The translations under genes were made by a program, and so were the position numbers. The notes under the pieces are model-generated. The model had not been told where the DNA came from. It worked only from the letters and a program-made list of their open reading frames with translations, and made no database searches. From Terriglobia bacterium (GTDB lineage Bacteria > Acidobacteriota > Terriglobia > JAJPHL01 > JAPKYU01), in the NCBI GenBank assembly GCA_965206645.1, contig CBDBKE010000002.1, positions 480,001-544,000 of the forward strand: a DNA stretch of 64,000 bases. The letters are read 5' to 3'. Shown here piece after piece: positions 43,739 to 54,503 of this stretch; within the stretch, counting starts at the first letter, position 1, and every line of letters starts with the position of its first letter.

Positions 43739-46670
43739 TGACCAGACCGATTTTTTGTACCAACCGTAGTGAGAGTTCACATCGCAGCCTGGGGCTGTGA
43801 AACTGGTTTCAGTGGCAGGGGAGGGCTATAGGCCCCCGGCGCCGGGGGCCTATAGCCGAGCGCCGAGTGCGGCCGCACCGTGTTGTATTGCACCCTCCAC
43901 TGTTCAATCACCACCTGTGCCTCCTTCAACGAGTAGAAGATCTCTCCATTCAGGCATTCGTCCCGCAGCTTCCCATTGACGGGAATCACCTCAATTAAAC
44001 CGGAATTTTCATTTTGAGCTTCCCCTTCACCCGAAAACCTATGCCTCTTACCCTGTCGTGTCAATCGCAAATCGCCCGGGCCTCTTTGAGGTGGTAGTGC
44101 GGCACATTTTGGCTGTTCTTCGGAGTCGCTGTGCGGGTTTCGCCTGCCCAGCCTGCCTCGCCGCTGACACTTGTCCGGCCCGACCACTTCTGAGCACCTA
44201 AAATTACCCTCTCTCCCGGTTCGCTAGCCGTCTGGCAGCGGCAGTGCCGAGATCGTTCGCAGCATGCTGCTGAACAGCCTCCGGCTCAAGTGCCCTTCGG
44301 CCAGCAAAAGCCAGTAATATCGCGCATGTTTCACCAGCCGTCCTCCCGTTTTCACCAGCCGCTGCTGCAAACTCGTCAGCGACCAGTTGTTGATCCTCTT
44401 CGGTAGCACCAGCCGCCGCCACAGGTTTCCCAAGTTGTAGGCGATCAGGCTCAGCCATAGGCGCACCTCGTTCGACCGAAACCGATGGCAACTCAGCCGG
44501 GTCATCTTTACCGCCTGCTTGCCTTCCTTGATCCATTGCTCTGCGGTGCCCCGCTTGTTGTAGAACCGGACCACCGCCCGGCTGTCGGTCTCCAGATTGG
44601 TGACGATGAACCCCACGCGAGGGAACAGTTCGCCAAAGTGGAACTCCACCTTCGCCACCACCCGCCGCGCCTTTTTCCAACTGGCTGCCTGGTAGAGAAA
44701 GCTCTTGTACCAGACCACCGGCTTGTGGCTCGGTCGCCCCACTGACCGCGTCAACAACTCCGCGATGTCCCTCTCCAGACTGTCGTTGGCCGGGATGCGA
44801 ATCGCATACTTCACGTCCCGCTCCTCCAGTGCGTCGTAGATCTCCGGCTTGGCGAAGGCGGCGTCGGCGCGAAACACCACTTCCTTGCCCAGCTTCTGCT
44901 GCCGTTCGATCTCTGGCAGGAGAAGTTCTTCCCAATCCTCGGCGCTGTGCACGTTGCCGGGTCGCAGCTTGGCCGCCAGACAGTCACCCTCGCGACTGAA
45001 CAGCAACAACGGGTGATAGCAACTCGACTCGAAATGCCCGTTGTAGGCGCTCTGCTCCTGTTCGCCGTAGACCGGGATCTCGGTGCTGTCCATGTCCAGC
45101 ACCACCCGGCGCGGCGCATCCATAGCTTCCGCCCTGGCGATCAAATCCCGGTTGATCGCTGCCAAACCAGCAAGGTTCTCGTCTTGCGTCAGCAGTTCTG
45201 TCTCGAACGACTGTAACCGGGAAGTCAGGGCTGCGCCACGTTCCCAGATCTTCTCCGAACCGATCAGCCGGAACGTCGGATCTTGGGAAAGCCGCTCGGC
45301 GTCGTTGACGTCTTCGTATCCTGCCAAGCGGCTGTAGATGGACTGCCGCAGCAAGTCAGCGAGGGGCAACCGGGTGTTCTTCCCCCGAGAGTCGATCAAG
45401 TGCTGTTCGATAAGTTCGCCGAACCCCAAACGTTCGTCCAACTCGCGCACCACAATCAGACCGCCGTCGGAAGTGATTCGCGATCCCTGAAATGTGACCC
45501 GCAGAAACCGGTTGAATGACAGTTGAAACGCCTGTTTTTGGCTCTCACCCATTCGGTGTACACCTCCGGAAGGCAATGTTGATGCTGGAACCCGCATCAA
45601 TACTGACGTTGGAGTCATTCAGAAGGTTGCCGCCGATAGTTCATAAAGGAAATCCGGGATTGAAACTCTCGCAGTACCCGTTCTCCCAGGGACTGCCCGG
45701 TTCGATGTACAGTGTCCCGGTCCCTAGATTTGCACCACTGGCGCAGTTGTTTGGCAATGAACTCGGGACCATTGTCGGATCGAATCTGTTCCGGTATCCC
45801 TCGCCACAACATCACGTCCGACAACGCCTCAATGATTTGTTGGCTGCCCATCCTCCGCTCCACCCGGATCGCCAGGCATTCCCGCGTGTACTCATCCAGC
45901 AAGGTCAGCAGCCGCAGCGTTCTCCCCTCGTGCGTTCTGGCACTCATGAAGTCGTAGCTCCACACGTGGTTCGGTCGCTCCGGCCTCAGTCGTACACAGG
46001 AACCGTCGTTCAGCCACAGCCGTCCTCGCGGCCTTTGTTTTTGCGGCACTTTCAGCCCTTCCCGCCGCCAAATCCGCTGCACCCGGTCCTTGCCCACTTC
46101 CCAGCCCGCACTCCGCAGCAACGCTGTGATCCTCCGGTAGCCATATCGCCCGTACTTCGCTCCCAGGGCAATGATCGCTCGGGTCAGAGCATCCTCGTCC
46201 ACCCGATGAATCGGCTCGTATCGTTGTGTCCCTCGCCATTGCCCCAGCAGCCGGCAGGCATGCCGTTCCGACAACCCGTGTTGCTCCCACGCACGCTCCA
46301 CCGCACAACGCCGCCGCTCAGGGCTCAGAAGTTTCCCTGTGCCACATCCCGCAGTACCTGCTTCTCCAGAGAAAGCTCCGCTACCAACCGCTTCAGCCGC
46401 GTGTTTTCCTTCTCCAACTCCTTTAGCCGTTTTGCCTGCACCACCTTCAGCCCGCCGTATTCCTTCCGCCACCGGTAGTAGGTTTGGGTGTGGATTCCAG
46501 CTTCTTTGCAGGCTTGGGGCGCAGTCTTCCCGTTCCCCATCTGCACTTCTATCTGCCGTAGCACCGCTACAATCTGCTCCGGCTTGTAACTCCTTGTCGG
46601 CATGACCTCACTTCCTTCTCAAGTGGATTCTCTCTCTTTTCACTTGGTACAAAAAGTGCCGGTCAGGTCA
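43739..46670 (-). mobile_element. IS3-family element interrupted by IS1380
   Basis: TGACCAGACCG/CCGGTCAGGTCA ends; TSD TCTC; orfA 46325-46603. Confidence 0.95.
44000..45658 (-). mobile_element. Intact IS1380 element (transposase 44224-45552)
   Basis: Same IS as 7126-8814; TSD ATTGA at 43975-43979 and 45659-45663. Confidence 0.95.
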
Positions 46671-47480
46671 TCTCGAGGTATTGCAAGCTGTTCGCGACCG
46701 ACATCGGAACACACTGGTTGACTGCCGCCTCGACATTCACGCTATTGGGCAAGACATGGGAGAAGGTTTCACCCAGGAGCAGGAATTCAAAGAGGTGGGG
46801 CGGGGCCGTTGAGCAGTGGGACCAACTCGCTGGCTCCCGCGGCGCTCCATATATGGAAAGCAACTGGGAAATTGCTGAAGGTGTTGCCAGAGAACTCCGG
46901 CAGCGGCTTGGGAGTGTACTCCACCCAAGCGGGCAAAGTCGTGACGATCTGAGGCGCTGACACCTCCAGACTGAAGTACGTCGTGAACAACGGTGGCGGT
47001 TGAGCTGTGTTGAGGATAATGACTTCGGTGTGATCCAGGTGCATGTTCTGGACAACCCATCCCGATTCTGTGATGACGTTGACGTAGCCTCTATGCAGAC
47101 CCGTTGTTTCGGCAAGAACGCCGAGATCAGCGACTAAGCGACACCAGTCGCTGTTGGCTTCGGGCATTGCGAAGTCGAACGTCATTTGCTCGAAAGCAAC
47201 TCCGCCTCCGGGTGGCACAGTAACAGCATGAGCCATCGGCACAACTGCCACAAAAGCGATTGCCAGGGCTCGGACAACTTTCGTTGCAACACGCCGTTTC
47301 TTCACGAGATCTCCTGCCGCTGTTCTTGGCCAGGGTTTTCCGTCATTTTGGCCGTCGCGGCGCCGGTAGGATAGCCGAGCGAGCGCCCCTATGCAACGGC
47401 TGTTCGGGCATTGTCAAGTTAACTGGCAGCCAAGGGACCAAGCCCAAGCCACTCTATCGAGTATTGAGGCGAAGCCTCGC

Positions 47481-47562
47481 TTCAATGTCGGTGAACATGA
47501 TGGTGGCCAGCTTTCTCTGTGGAGTTTCAGCCATGGTAGTGCCCGAGCGTCTGTTCGCTCAT
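47481..47562 (-). pseudogene. Micro-fragments of kinase and adenylate/guanylate cyclase N-termini
   Basis: MSEQTLGHY, then MAETPQRKLATIMFTDIE. Confidence 0.55.
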
Positions 47563-47588
47563 CGCGAGGGTGCTCTCTCTTGCCACCG

Positions 47589-47771
47589 ATCCTAAGCCCC
47601 GCCCGCAGGCAGTCAACGCGGGGAGCCGGCCAGTTGCGACGGTGGTCTTTCGCTGCCGCCTCTAACGTCCGCGGTCACTTGGACGTATAGTCGGCTATCC
47701 GGACAAGTGACCCTCTACGCCCGCCAGGGTAGTGGGTCAAGTTTTCGATAAGCGCGTTATACAGCCAACTG
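47589..47771. repeat. Repeat Z promoter plus X(-) hairpin X(+) junction
   Basis: TTGACT-16-TAGGAT (minus strand); X 47676-47709; hairpin; X 47738-47771. Confidence 0.85.
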
Positions 47772-47817
47772 CATTACTTCCGAGTGCGCCGTGACACGAA
47801 TCAGGAAAAAATACGAC

Positions 47818-49605
47818 TCACGCTCCGAGCTCTGCGTCGACGACGGGGAGGCTGTCATCGACGATGTCGACCGCCAACTTCCCGCCCCGGGTGAGCGGAG
47901 CATTCGCCTCCCGCGGGATGAACCGCACAGCCCGGCGCGAGCTCCGCGGCCCGCAGTAGTGCAGATCAATGGCGTCGTGCGCGCCAGCGTTCCGGACGAC
48001 ATGGATGGTCTCTGCTTCGGAGATCTCGGTCATCGACGATGGGCCGAGCCTGCTCCGCTGGACGACACGGAGGCTTTCTTCGGCAGCGCGCTCGAACTCG
48101 GTGATCTCGACCGTGCCCTCGATGCGGCGGCACACGGCCGAGTAGTCATGGGAGTGGATGTGCGCGGTCGTGCCCGGGGTCCACAGGATGCCGACCAGCG
48201 ACGAGCCCTGTTGCACGCTCCGCCAGAAGGTGAGCCGCCGATAGTTGATGCCGCCTTGAATCGTACTTTGGCGTAGCGGCACCAGCTCGCCGATGGCCGG
48301 CTCGACCCGCGCGAGCGCGCGGCGGGCGACGCCGGCATCGAGTGCGCCGCCGCGGTCGAGCAGGTCGAAGAGCTCAACCATCTCCCGCACCGAGAACGGC
48401 TCGCCGCCGTCCAGTCTCGCGCGCAGGGAGATCGGACGAGGCGCCCACCGGTGAAAGAGGACGAAAGCGAGGCCGACCGTTCCGAACCCCGCCGTCAGAC
48501 CGATGACGGTCGCGTCATGCAAGAAGGCAAAGAGCATCCCAAGCGAGAGCGCCGCCAGGGTGCCCCAGGCTGCGCCGGCGGCGACCGCCGTTCGCCAACC
48601 CACCTCGATGAGGGTCTGGATGTGGATCCGCAACCCGATCGTCGCGCAAACAGCGACGATGGCGATGTTGACGACGAGATCGTTTGCATCGAGAACGGCC
48701 GTCCACACGACCTCGGCCGGTGTTCCCTCCGTCAAGAAGAAGGAGTCGCCAAGCAGACGGAAACCTAACAGGAGAAAGTAGCCGATGACGAAGAGCGGCA
48801 AATGCGCGGCGAGGCGCAAGCGCGCCCTGCCCTCGGCGGGTGCCCGCCGACGAAGGAGGCTGAAGCCGATCAACAGCGGGCCCAGCAGCAGGATGCGCGT
48901 GGCCTTGGCCATCGTGGCGATCAAGCTCTCGTCTTCGCCGAACTGGCTCCCCACGGCGACACTCGACGACAGATCGTTCACTGCGACCCCCGCCCAGAGC
49001 CCTGCCGATTCGGTGTCAAGCCCGAGCGCCGTCCCAAGCGGGAGGAACGTCAGCAGCGCGACCACGCTGAAGAGGTAAATGGCGGTGACCGCGAGCCCCT
49101 GGTCCCGCCGGTGCGCGAACACAGCCGGAGCCAGCGCATTGATGGCCGACGCGCCACACACCATCGTGCCGATAGCCACAAGGTCGGCCATCTCCCGACG
49201 GAGCCCCAGCAGACCGGCTGCGGCATGCGCGACGAAGAATGTCGCGGGGAGCGTGAAGACCAGGACGAGCAGGACCTAAAGCAGGAGCTGCGCCTTGAGG
49301 ATGTCCGTCTGGACCTTCAGGCCCATCAAGATGATGGCGAGGCGCAACATCCACTTCCCCGTGAAGCGGAGGCCGCGCTCGTACGGGTCGCCCTCGCGAC
49401 CGCCAGCGACGTTGAGCCCAATCCAGCGCGCGACGCGTGAGTTGAGCACCAGGGTGCCGAGCCCAATGGCGACGACGATGTCCGGAGCCCACGGCGAACC
49501 TCGAAAAACCGTGCGTACCAGGAAGAGCGCCACGAGCGCCAAGGTCAGCGCGAGCCCCAGCCCTCGGAACTCGCGTTGGGAAGGAAGCCAGGCGGGCATG
49601 GGCAC
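47818..49605 (-). pseudogene. YeiH (putative sulfate exporter) fused to a cysteine-dioxygenase-like cupin, one in-frame TAG
   Basis: LRLAIILMG, IGTMVCGASAI, MAKATR; C-terminal HIHSH...IHVV...DLHY; TAG at 49276-49278 in frame. Confidence 0.8.
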
Positions 49606-49741
49606 TTCTCAGGCGGGCAGGAGCGAGGGGCGCTGTTGTTCATTCATGGCAGCGGGCCGACTCTATGTTCTCACATTATAAGCACGCATCCCCCGAGGCC
49701 CACAACCGGAGTCAAGGAACGCCACACCATCCAGGCAGAAC

Positions 49742-49898
49742 ATAGGTAAACGCTAGGCCGTTTGTGGGGACTATCGGCCTTGTGCGCGAGGCCTACTTCC
49801 CCTAAAGGGAATCCAGGCACTTGTCCGGTTAGCGCGTTACACGTCAAAGTGGGCGGCGTGGTAGCATAGGTAAACACTAGCCGACTAGCGGGGACCTA
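49742..49898 (+). repeat. Y (49742-49774), X (49818-49851), Y (49866-49898)
   Basis: Cores GGCCGT, GCGCGT, GCCGAC. Confidence 0.85.
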
Positions 49899-50154
49899 TC
49901 TGCCGAGTCTGAGCCAACTCGTGCCGTTTCAGAGGATTACTGCAGCCTGAGAGGGTATCAGCGGCGAGGCGAGATTGGAGGTGGGAAAATACACCAAACA
50001 AGCGCCGGGGTCAGCTAGGCAGGTGAGCGAAATTGCGGACCAAATTCGGAAGCCTACGTTAGAACCCGCAGTGAACACGCAGAGAAGATGAGAGGCCCCC
50101 GGGGTCTCGCCTCGACGATGGACGAGACCCCAGGAGCCAGTGGCGCAGGAGATC

Positions 50155-50370
50155 CTACGGATTCGTGCAAGCGAAGGCAGTAGGGTCGGAATTACACGGA
50201 TCGAGCGGAGCAGGATCTGCCCCGTCCGGAACAAGGTCACGGTCGGTGTCCGGGTTGCAAGGATCCGTTCCGACCTCACAGGCCTCTTGCAAATCGGTGA
50301 GGCCGTCGCCGTCCTCGTCCCCGCTGCCATCGCGGGTGATGGAGCCGTCGCCGTTAACGTCTGCGCCGGC
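50155..50370 (-). pseudogene. Acidic Ca-binding (TSP3-like) repeat C-terminal fragment
   Basis: DEDGDGLTDLQE...GTDPCNPDTDRDLVPDG; hairpin downstream at 50101-50131. Confidence 0.6.
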
Positions 50371-50521
50371 CGCCGGAGGCGATTGATTCTGCTGGACCGG
50401 CTATGGCGCTTGATGGCGTGTCGAAATCAGATGTTTTTCACACAGGGGGGAAGGGGCCTCGGAACGGAGTGTATACTCTCAACCGCCGGAGAGCCAAAAA
50501 GGTAATTCCGGTTGAAGACGA

Positions 50522-52258
50522 ATGGTCGCGCTTGGCGGCCCGATAGTGAAGGTAGTTATGTCCGAAGTCGGCGGATCCTTCATCCCGGTCTCTGCGGTGC
50601 ACGACAGAGACGGCCCTCCGGGTTCCTTTGCACCCCTGGGACCCGAAATCAAAGTGCTTCTTGTCTGGCCTCGTTTCCCGCCCTCGTTCTGGGGTTTCGA
50701 AGGGATGCTCGAGATCATTCCAGAGAGCTCGATCATGCCTCCGCTTGGCCTCATCACTGTTGCAGCTCTTTGTCCGGCAAAGTGGCAGCTACGCCTCATA
50801 GACCGCGCCTTTGAACCGCTGACGGACGAGGACCTGAATTGGGCCGATTTGGTAATGGTCAGCGCGATGTTCGCGCAGCAGGCGGACGCTCGTGTGGTGC
50901 TGTCGCGGGCGCGTTCGCTCGGGCGGCGCACGTTCATCGGCGGACCGTGGGCCAGCAGCCAACCGGAAGTGCTCGTCCACGAGGCGGACCACGTCCTTGT
51001 GGGAGAAGCGGAGGACATGTTTCCAGCGATTGCGTCCGCACTGGAAAACGGAACAGCGCCGCGCCTCTATGTGGCTTCCGAGAAGCCGGACATGACCCGC
51101 AGTCCTTTGCCTCGATACGACCTGCTGGAACTCAACCGCTATGCAAACATGTCCGTGCAATTTCCGCGCGGCTGTCCCTTCCAATGCGAGTTCTGTGACA
51201 TCATCACGATCTATGGACGCCGTCCTCGCGTCAAGATACCCGCCCAGGTGCTGCGCGAACTCGATCTGTTGTGGAGGCTCGGGTGGCGGAAAGAAGTGTT
51301 CATGGTCGATGACAACTTCATCGGAAACCACAAGCGTGCGCTCGAACTGACGCGGGAAATCGCAGCATGGCAGCAGTGTCATGGCTATCCGTTCTACTTC
51401 TACACGGAGGCCTCCATCGACCTTGCGGAACGTACGGAATTGCTGGCGGCGATGAGAGACGCAAACTTCCTGAATGTGTTCATCGGGGTGGAAACACCGT
51501 CGCCGGAATCGCTTGGGGAAGCACGGAAATTTCAGAACCTAAGGAGCGATAACCTCCAGCAGATTCGAACCATCCAACGCAGCGGGCTGTGGGTCATGGG
51601 CGGATTCATCGTCGGCTTCGATGCCGACGATCAGCATATCTTCGAACGCCAGTGGCAGTTCATTGAAAACGCAGCCATCCCGTGGGCGATGGTGGGCATG
51701 CTTCAGGCGCCTCCGACGACTGCGCTATACGATCGGATGCTCCGCGAGGGTCGGCTCATCCATGATTCCGACGCTACCACCAACTTCAGCATGCCGAATT
51801 TCCACACGCGGCTGCTCTTGCCGGTCCTACTGGATGGAATGGCTCGCCTGCTGCTGCGCTTATACGATCCGCCGGCGTTCTTCGATCGTGCGCTTCGATC
51901 GCTGGTGGCGTGGCACCCACGACCCACGCAGCGGTTCCCGAGACTTCCGGTGATCTACACGTTGCGCCTGCTCGCGTTTTCGATCTGGAAACAGGGCATC
52001 AGGAGCAGCTATCGCCGGTGCTATTGGAGATTTCTGGCGTCCGCTGTCCGGCTTTGGAGGAACGAGCCGGTCAAGCTGCGCATGGCAATCTTAGTGCTGC
52101 TGTCGGGCCACCACTTTCCGAGGTATGCTCGCTTGGTTGCCGATGAGCTGACGGCAGCGCGCCGCGATCTCGCCTACAACGGTCGCGACGCGCCGGCAGG
52201 GTCCGCAATGATTCCTTCAGCTTCGCCGCAGAGTGGCGTCACCGCTGGTCGTACCTAG
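50522..52258 (+). CDS. B12-binding radical SAM protein (DUF4070/HpnP-like clade)
   Basis: PPLGLITVAA, RGCPFQCEFC, DDNFIG, GFIVGFD; start uncertain. Confidence 0.88.
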   Translation: MVALGGPIVKVVMSEVGGSFIPVSAVHDRDGPPGSFAPLGPEIKVLLVWPRFPPSFWGFEGMLEIIPESSIMPPLGLITVAALCPAKWQLRLIDRAFEPLTDEDLNWADLVMVSAMFAQQADARVVLSRARSLGRRTFIGGPWASSQPEVLVHEADHVLVGEAEDMFPAIASALENGTAPRLYVASEKPDMTRSPLPRYDLLELNRYANMSVQFPRGCPFQCEFCDIITIYGRRPRVKIPAQVLRELDLLWRLGWRKEVFMVDDNFIGNHKRALELTREIAAWQQCHGYPFYFYTEASIDLAERTELLAAMRDANFLNVFIGVETPSPESLGEARKFQNLRSDNLQQIRTIQRSGLWVMGGFIVGFDADDQHIFERQWQFIENAAIPWAMVGMLQAPPTTALYDRMLREGRLIHDSDATTNFSMPNFHTRLLLPVLLDGMARLLLRLYDPPAFFDRALRSLVAWHPRPTQRFPRLPVIYTLRLLAFSIWKQGIRSSYRRCYWRFLASAVRLWRNEPVKLRMAILVLLSGHHFPRYARLVADELTAARRDLAYNGRDAPAGSAMIPSASPQSGVTAGRT

Positions 52259-52477
52259 CGTGTACGTACCGTGGATTGTATTGCCATCGGCGAAGGAACC
52301 GCGCTATAGCTTTGTTGGGTTACCCGAGGAGGCATAGGGTGTTTAGAGAGACTCGGTGCTCAAAGCATACAGGGCCTAACTAGCCCGTGGATACTCTCCC
52401 TCGAACCCGAGCGTCTCCAGAACCCGATGGGCACCGCCGGAGAGGATCCTGTTCGCAGGTAACTCTGGCGTGGCAGC

Positions 52478-52511
52478 ATAGGCAAACACTAACCGACTAG
52501 TGGAGACCTAT
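52478..52511 (+). repeat. Y site
   Basis: ATAGGCAAACACTA-ACCGAC-TAGTGGAGACCTAT. Confidence 0.8.
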
Positions 52512-52751
52512 CCAGGGAAACTTGACTAAATGTCTACGGCTCAGACACTTGAAGCCGCTATGGAGCCTGGCAACTGGACGAAATCAATTCATTGCCAGAT
52601 GCGGATTTCGCGAGGGGAATCGAGCGCCTGCACGATTGCGCCCGTCATTAGTCCGCCCCCGCAGGCAAGTCAACGCGAGCGCGGCCTACTCCGAGAAGTC
52701 TAGGCGGTGCAGGAGGGAGTGGAAGCGAGGGTGGGGGTACACGCGGTCGAA

Positions 52752-54494
52752 TCAGGGGTCCACTTTAAGCTTGACTGGGCCGCGGTCTCGCTCCTTAGAG
52801 GCGTGATCCTGCCAAGCAGACGCCCGGTCCTTCTCGCCTAAGGCACCTTCCGGCTGCTGCCACGGCCCCCGCGGCACTTTCAACTCCGGCATGGGGGCCG
52901 CCTGAAACAATCGTCGGCAGGGTTTCGCCAGCCACCGCGCCCACTTAGCGGCGCGATTCACCTGGGCGCTGTCGGCGGCGATGCCGGTGTTGGCGTACAT
53001 CTGTCGGTAGAGTTTTGAAATCAACACAAAAGTAAGCCGGGCCCGTAGGGACCTTATGAAGAGGGATCGCTTCCAAATCGATCGCAAGCGATAAAAACGG
53101 TCCCAAACATCCTGGGTGCGCCGACGGATCTCGTCGGCGGACATGACCGGATGGGACATGTACATCTTCGGTCGAAGAGCCTGGGGAATCAGCCAGTAGC
53201 GCGTCAGCGGGATGCCGGCAATCCGGGTGGTATTGCTCTCCATCTTCTTTTCCCAGCGCTGGAAATCCACCGTTCCGGGGAAAGGCGTCAACAACACGAA
53301 CTGCGCAAACGTCACCTCGGCCTCCTGTGCCAGAGCGGCGGTAGCCTCAAAGGTATCCGGCCGGTCGGTGGGGAGCCCAAAGATGAATGAGCCCAGGACG
53401 TGTACACCGTGTTCCCGAAAAGTGCCGAGCTGACGAACCAGGCTGTCGCCCGCGGAGTTGAACTCCTTGTGGACAGCCTTCAGTCCTTCCGGGGTGACCG
53501 ATTCAACTCCCACCAGCGCTCCCTTGATCTTGGCTCTGCGCATTGCCTCTAGGAATTCGGGATCGTCTGCCGCCTCCATGGTGATTTGCGTGAAGAACAC
53601 CATGTCCTTGGGCAGCTCCGCCAGGCGCGCCATCAATTCGAACCGTTCTTCGCGCAGGGCCAGCAGCTCGCTCAGCCGTTGTTGGTTGTTCTGACGCTCG
53701 GCCAGTCTCAGGTCCTCAAGTGTAACCGGATAAAAGTTGTCGTCGGCGAGCGCAATGAACCGAAATCCCCGGCGGCGTAGTTCGACAATTTCCTGAATGA
53801 CCACGTCCGAAACACGCTGGCGTGGGCGCTGGCCGTCCGTACGCCAGACCGAACAAAACGAGCAGTGCTTCGGGCATCCGCGTACGGTTTGGACCGAGGC
53901 CCACATGTATCTATCGGGCGGCAGCAACTCCCAACGCGCTGGCAGGAACTGGTCGGCCTCGATGCGCCCGCCCTCGTAGAGGTGCTGGGGCCCTCCGTTC
54001 GTGCAATCGGCCAACACCCTCGCCCAAACCACGTCTCCATCGCCTTTCACCACCGCGTGTGCACCTCCTAACTCGTACGCTTCCTCCGGGTAGAGGCTGG
54101 TGTGAATGCCACCGAAGATCACGTAAGCTCCGCGTTCACGAGCCATCTGCCCTACTTCGTAGCCGCGCAGAGCATTGCCGCTATGGATCCCGATTCCAAC
54201 CACGTCGCCCGGTTTGATCTCCGTGAAGTAGGTTGGCTCGAGCGATTCGTCGACAAGTAGGGGGTCTCCGAAGGCGTGTGGGGTAGCAGCAGCAATTACG
54301 TAGAGCCATCGTGGCGTAATAACGCCTATACCAAACGATAAGTGATTTGGATTGACCAAGTGCACACGCACGGAGCTATTCTTCTCCCCTGAAATCCGAT
54401 TCTGAACAGGAATTTCCGATTCCAACTTTACCTTTAACATACAATCATACGCCAGTCGCCCTCTTGTGCCAAGCTCACATCGCCATGGCCGCAA
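52752..54494 (-). CDS. B12-binding radical SAM protein
   Basis: FGGIH, RGCPKHCSFC, DDNF, TPFPGT; true start probably downstream of 54494. Confidence 0.88.
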   Translation of the reverse strand: MRPWRCELGTRGRLAYDCMLKVKLESEIPVQNRISGEKNSSVRVHLVNPNHLSFGIGVITPRWLYVIAAATPHAFGDPLLVDESLEPTYFTEIKPGDVVGIGIHSGNALRGYEVGQMARERGAYVIFGGIHTSLYPEEAYELGGAHAVVKGDGDVVWARVLADCTNGGPQHLYEGGRIEADQFLPARWELLPPDRYMWASVQTVRGCPKHCSFCSVWRTDGQRPRQRVSDVVIQEIVELRRRGFRFIALADDNFYPVTLEDLRLAERQNNQQRLSELLALREERFELMARLAELPKDMVFFTQITMEAADDPEFLEAMRRAKIKGALVGVESVTPEGLKAVHKEFNSAGDSLVRQLGTFREHGVHVLGSFIFGLPTDRPDTFEATAALAQEAEVTFAQFVLLTPFPGTVDFQRWEKKMESNTTRIAGIPLTRYWLIPQALRPKMYMSHPVMSADEIRRRTQDVWDRFYRLRSIWKRSLFIRSLRARLTFVLISKLYRQMYANTGIAADSAQVNRAAKWARWLAKPCRRLFQAAPMPELKVPRGPWQQPEGALGEKDRASAWQDHASKERDRGPVKLKVDP

Positions 54495-54503
54495 TGGGGG
54501 GGG

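Larger units (their letters stand above)
42365..47305 (-). pseudogene. Secreted Cys-protease-like protein with TIGR03437 tail, split by IS3 and a frameshift
   Basis: Removing the IS3 rejoins QYLE|KRYG; NQCVPMSVANSL and GGHAVRVFG motifs; frameshift near 46800. Confidence 0.75.

Noticed and set aside
49276-49278. Pyrrolysine or amber recoding
   Set aside because: No pyl genes in the window and TAG is used as a normal stop; a point mutation is simpler.
9392-52511. X/Y repeats as a CRISPR array or as canonical dif/attC sites
   Set aside because: They are kilobases apart in both orientations with no cas genes. Some left arms (GTTTCCGATAA) resemble a XerC arm, but the right arm lacks TTATGTTAAAT in register, and there are no RYYYAAC/GTTRRRY ends.
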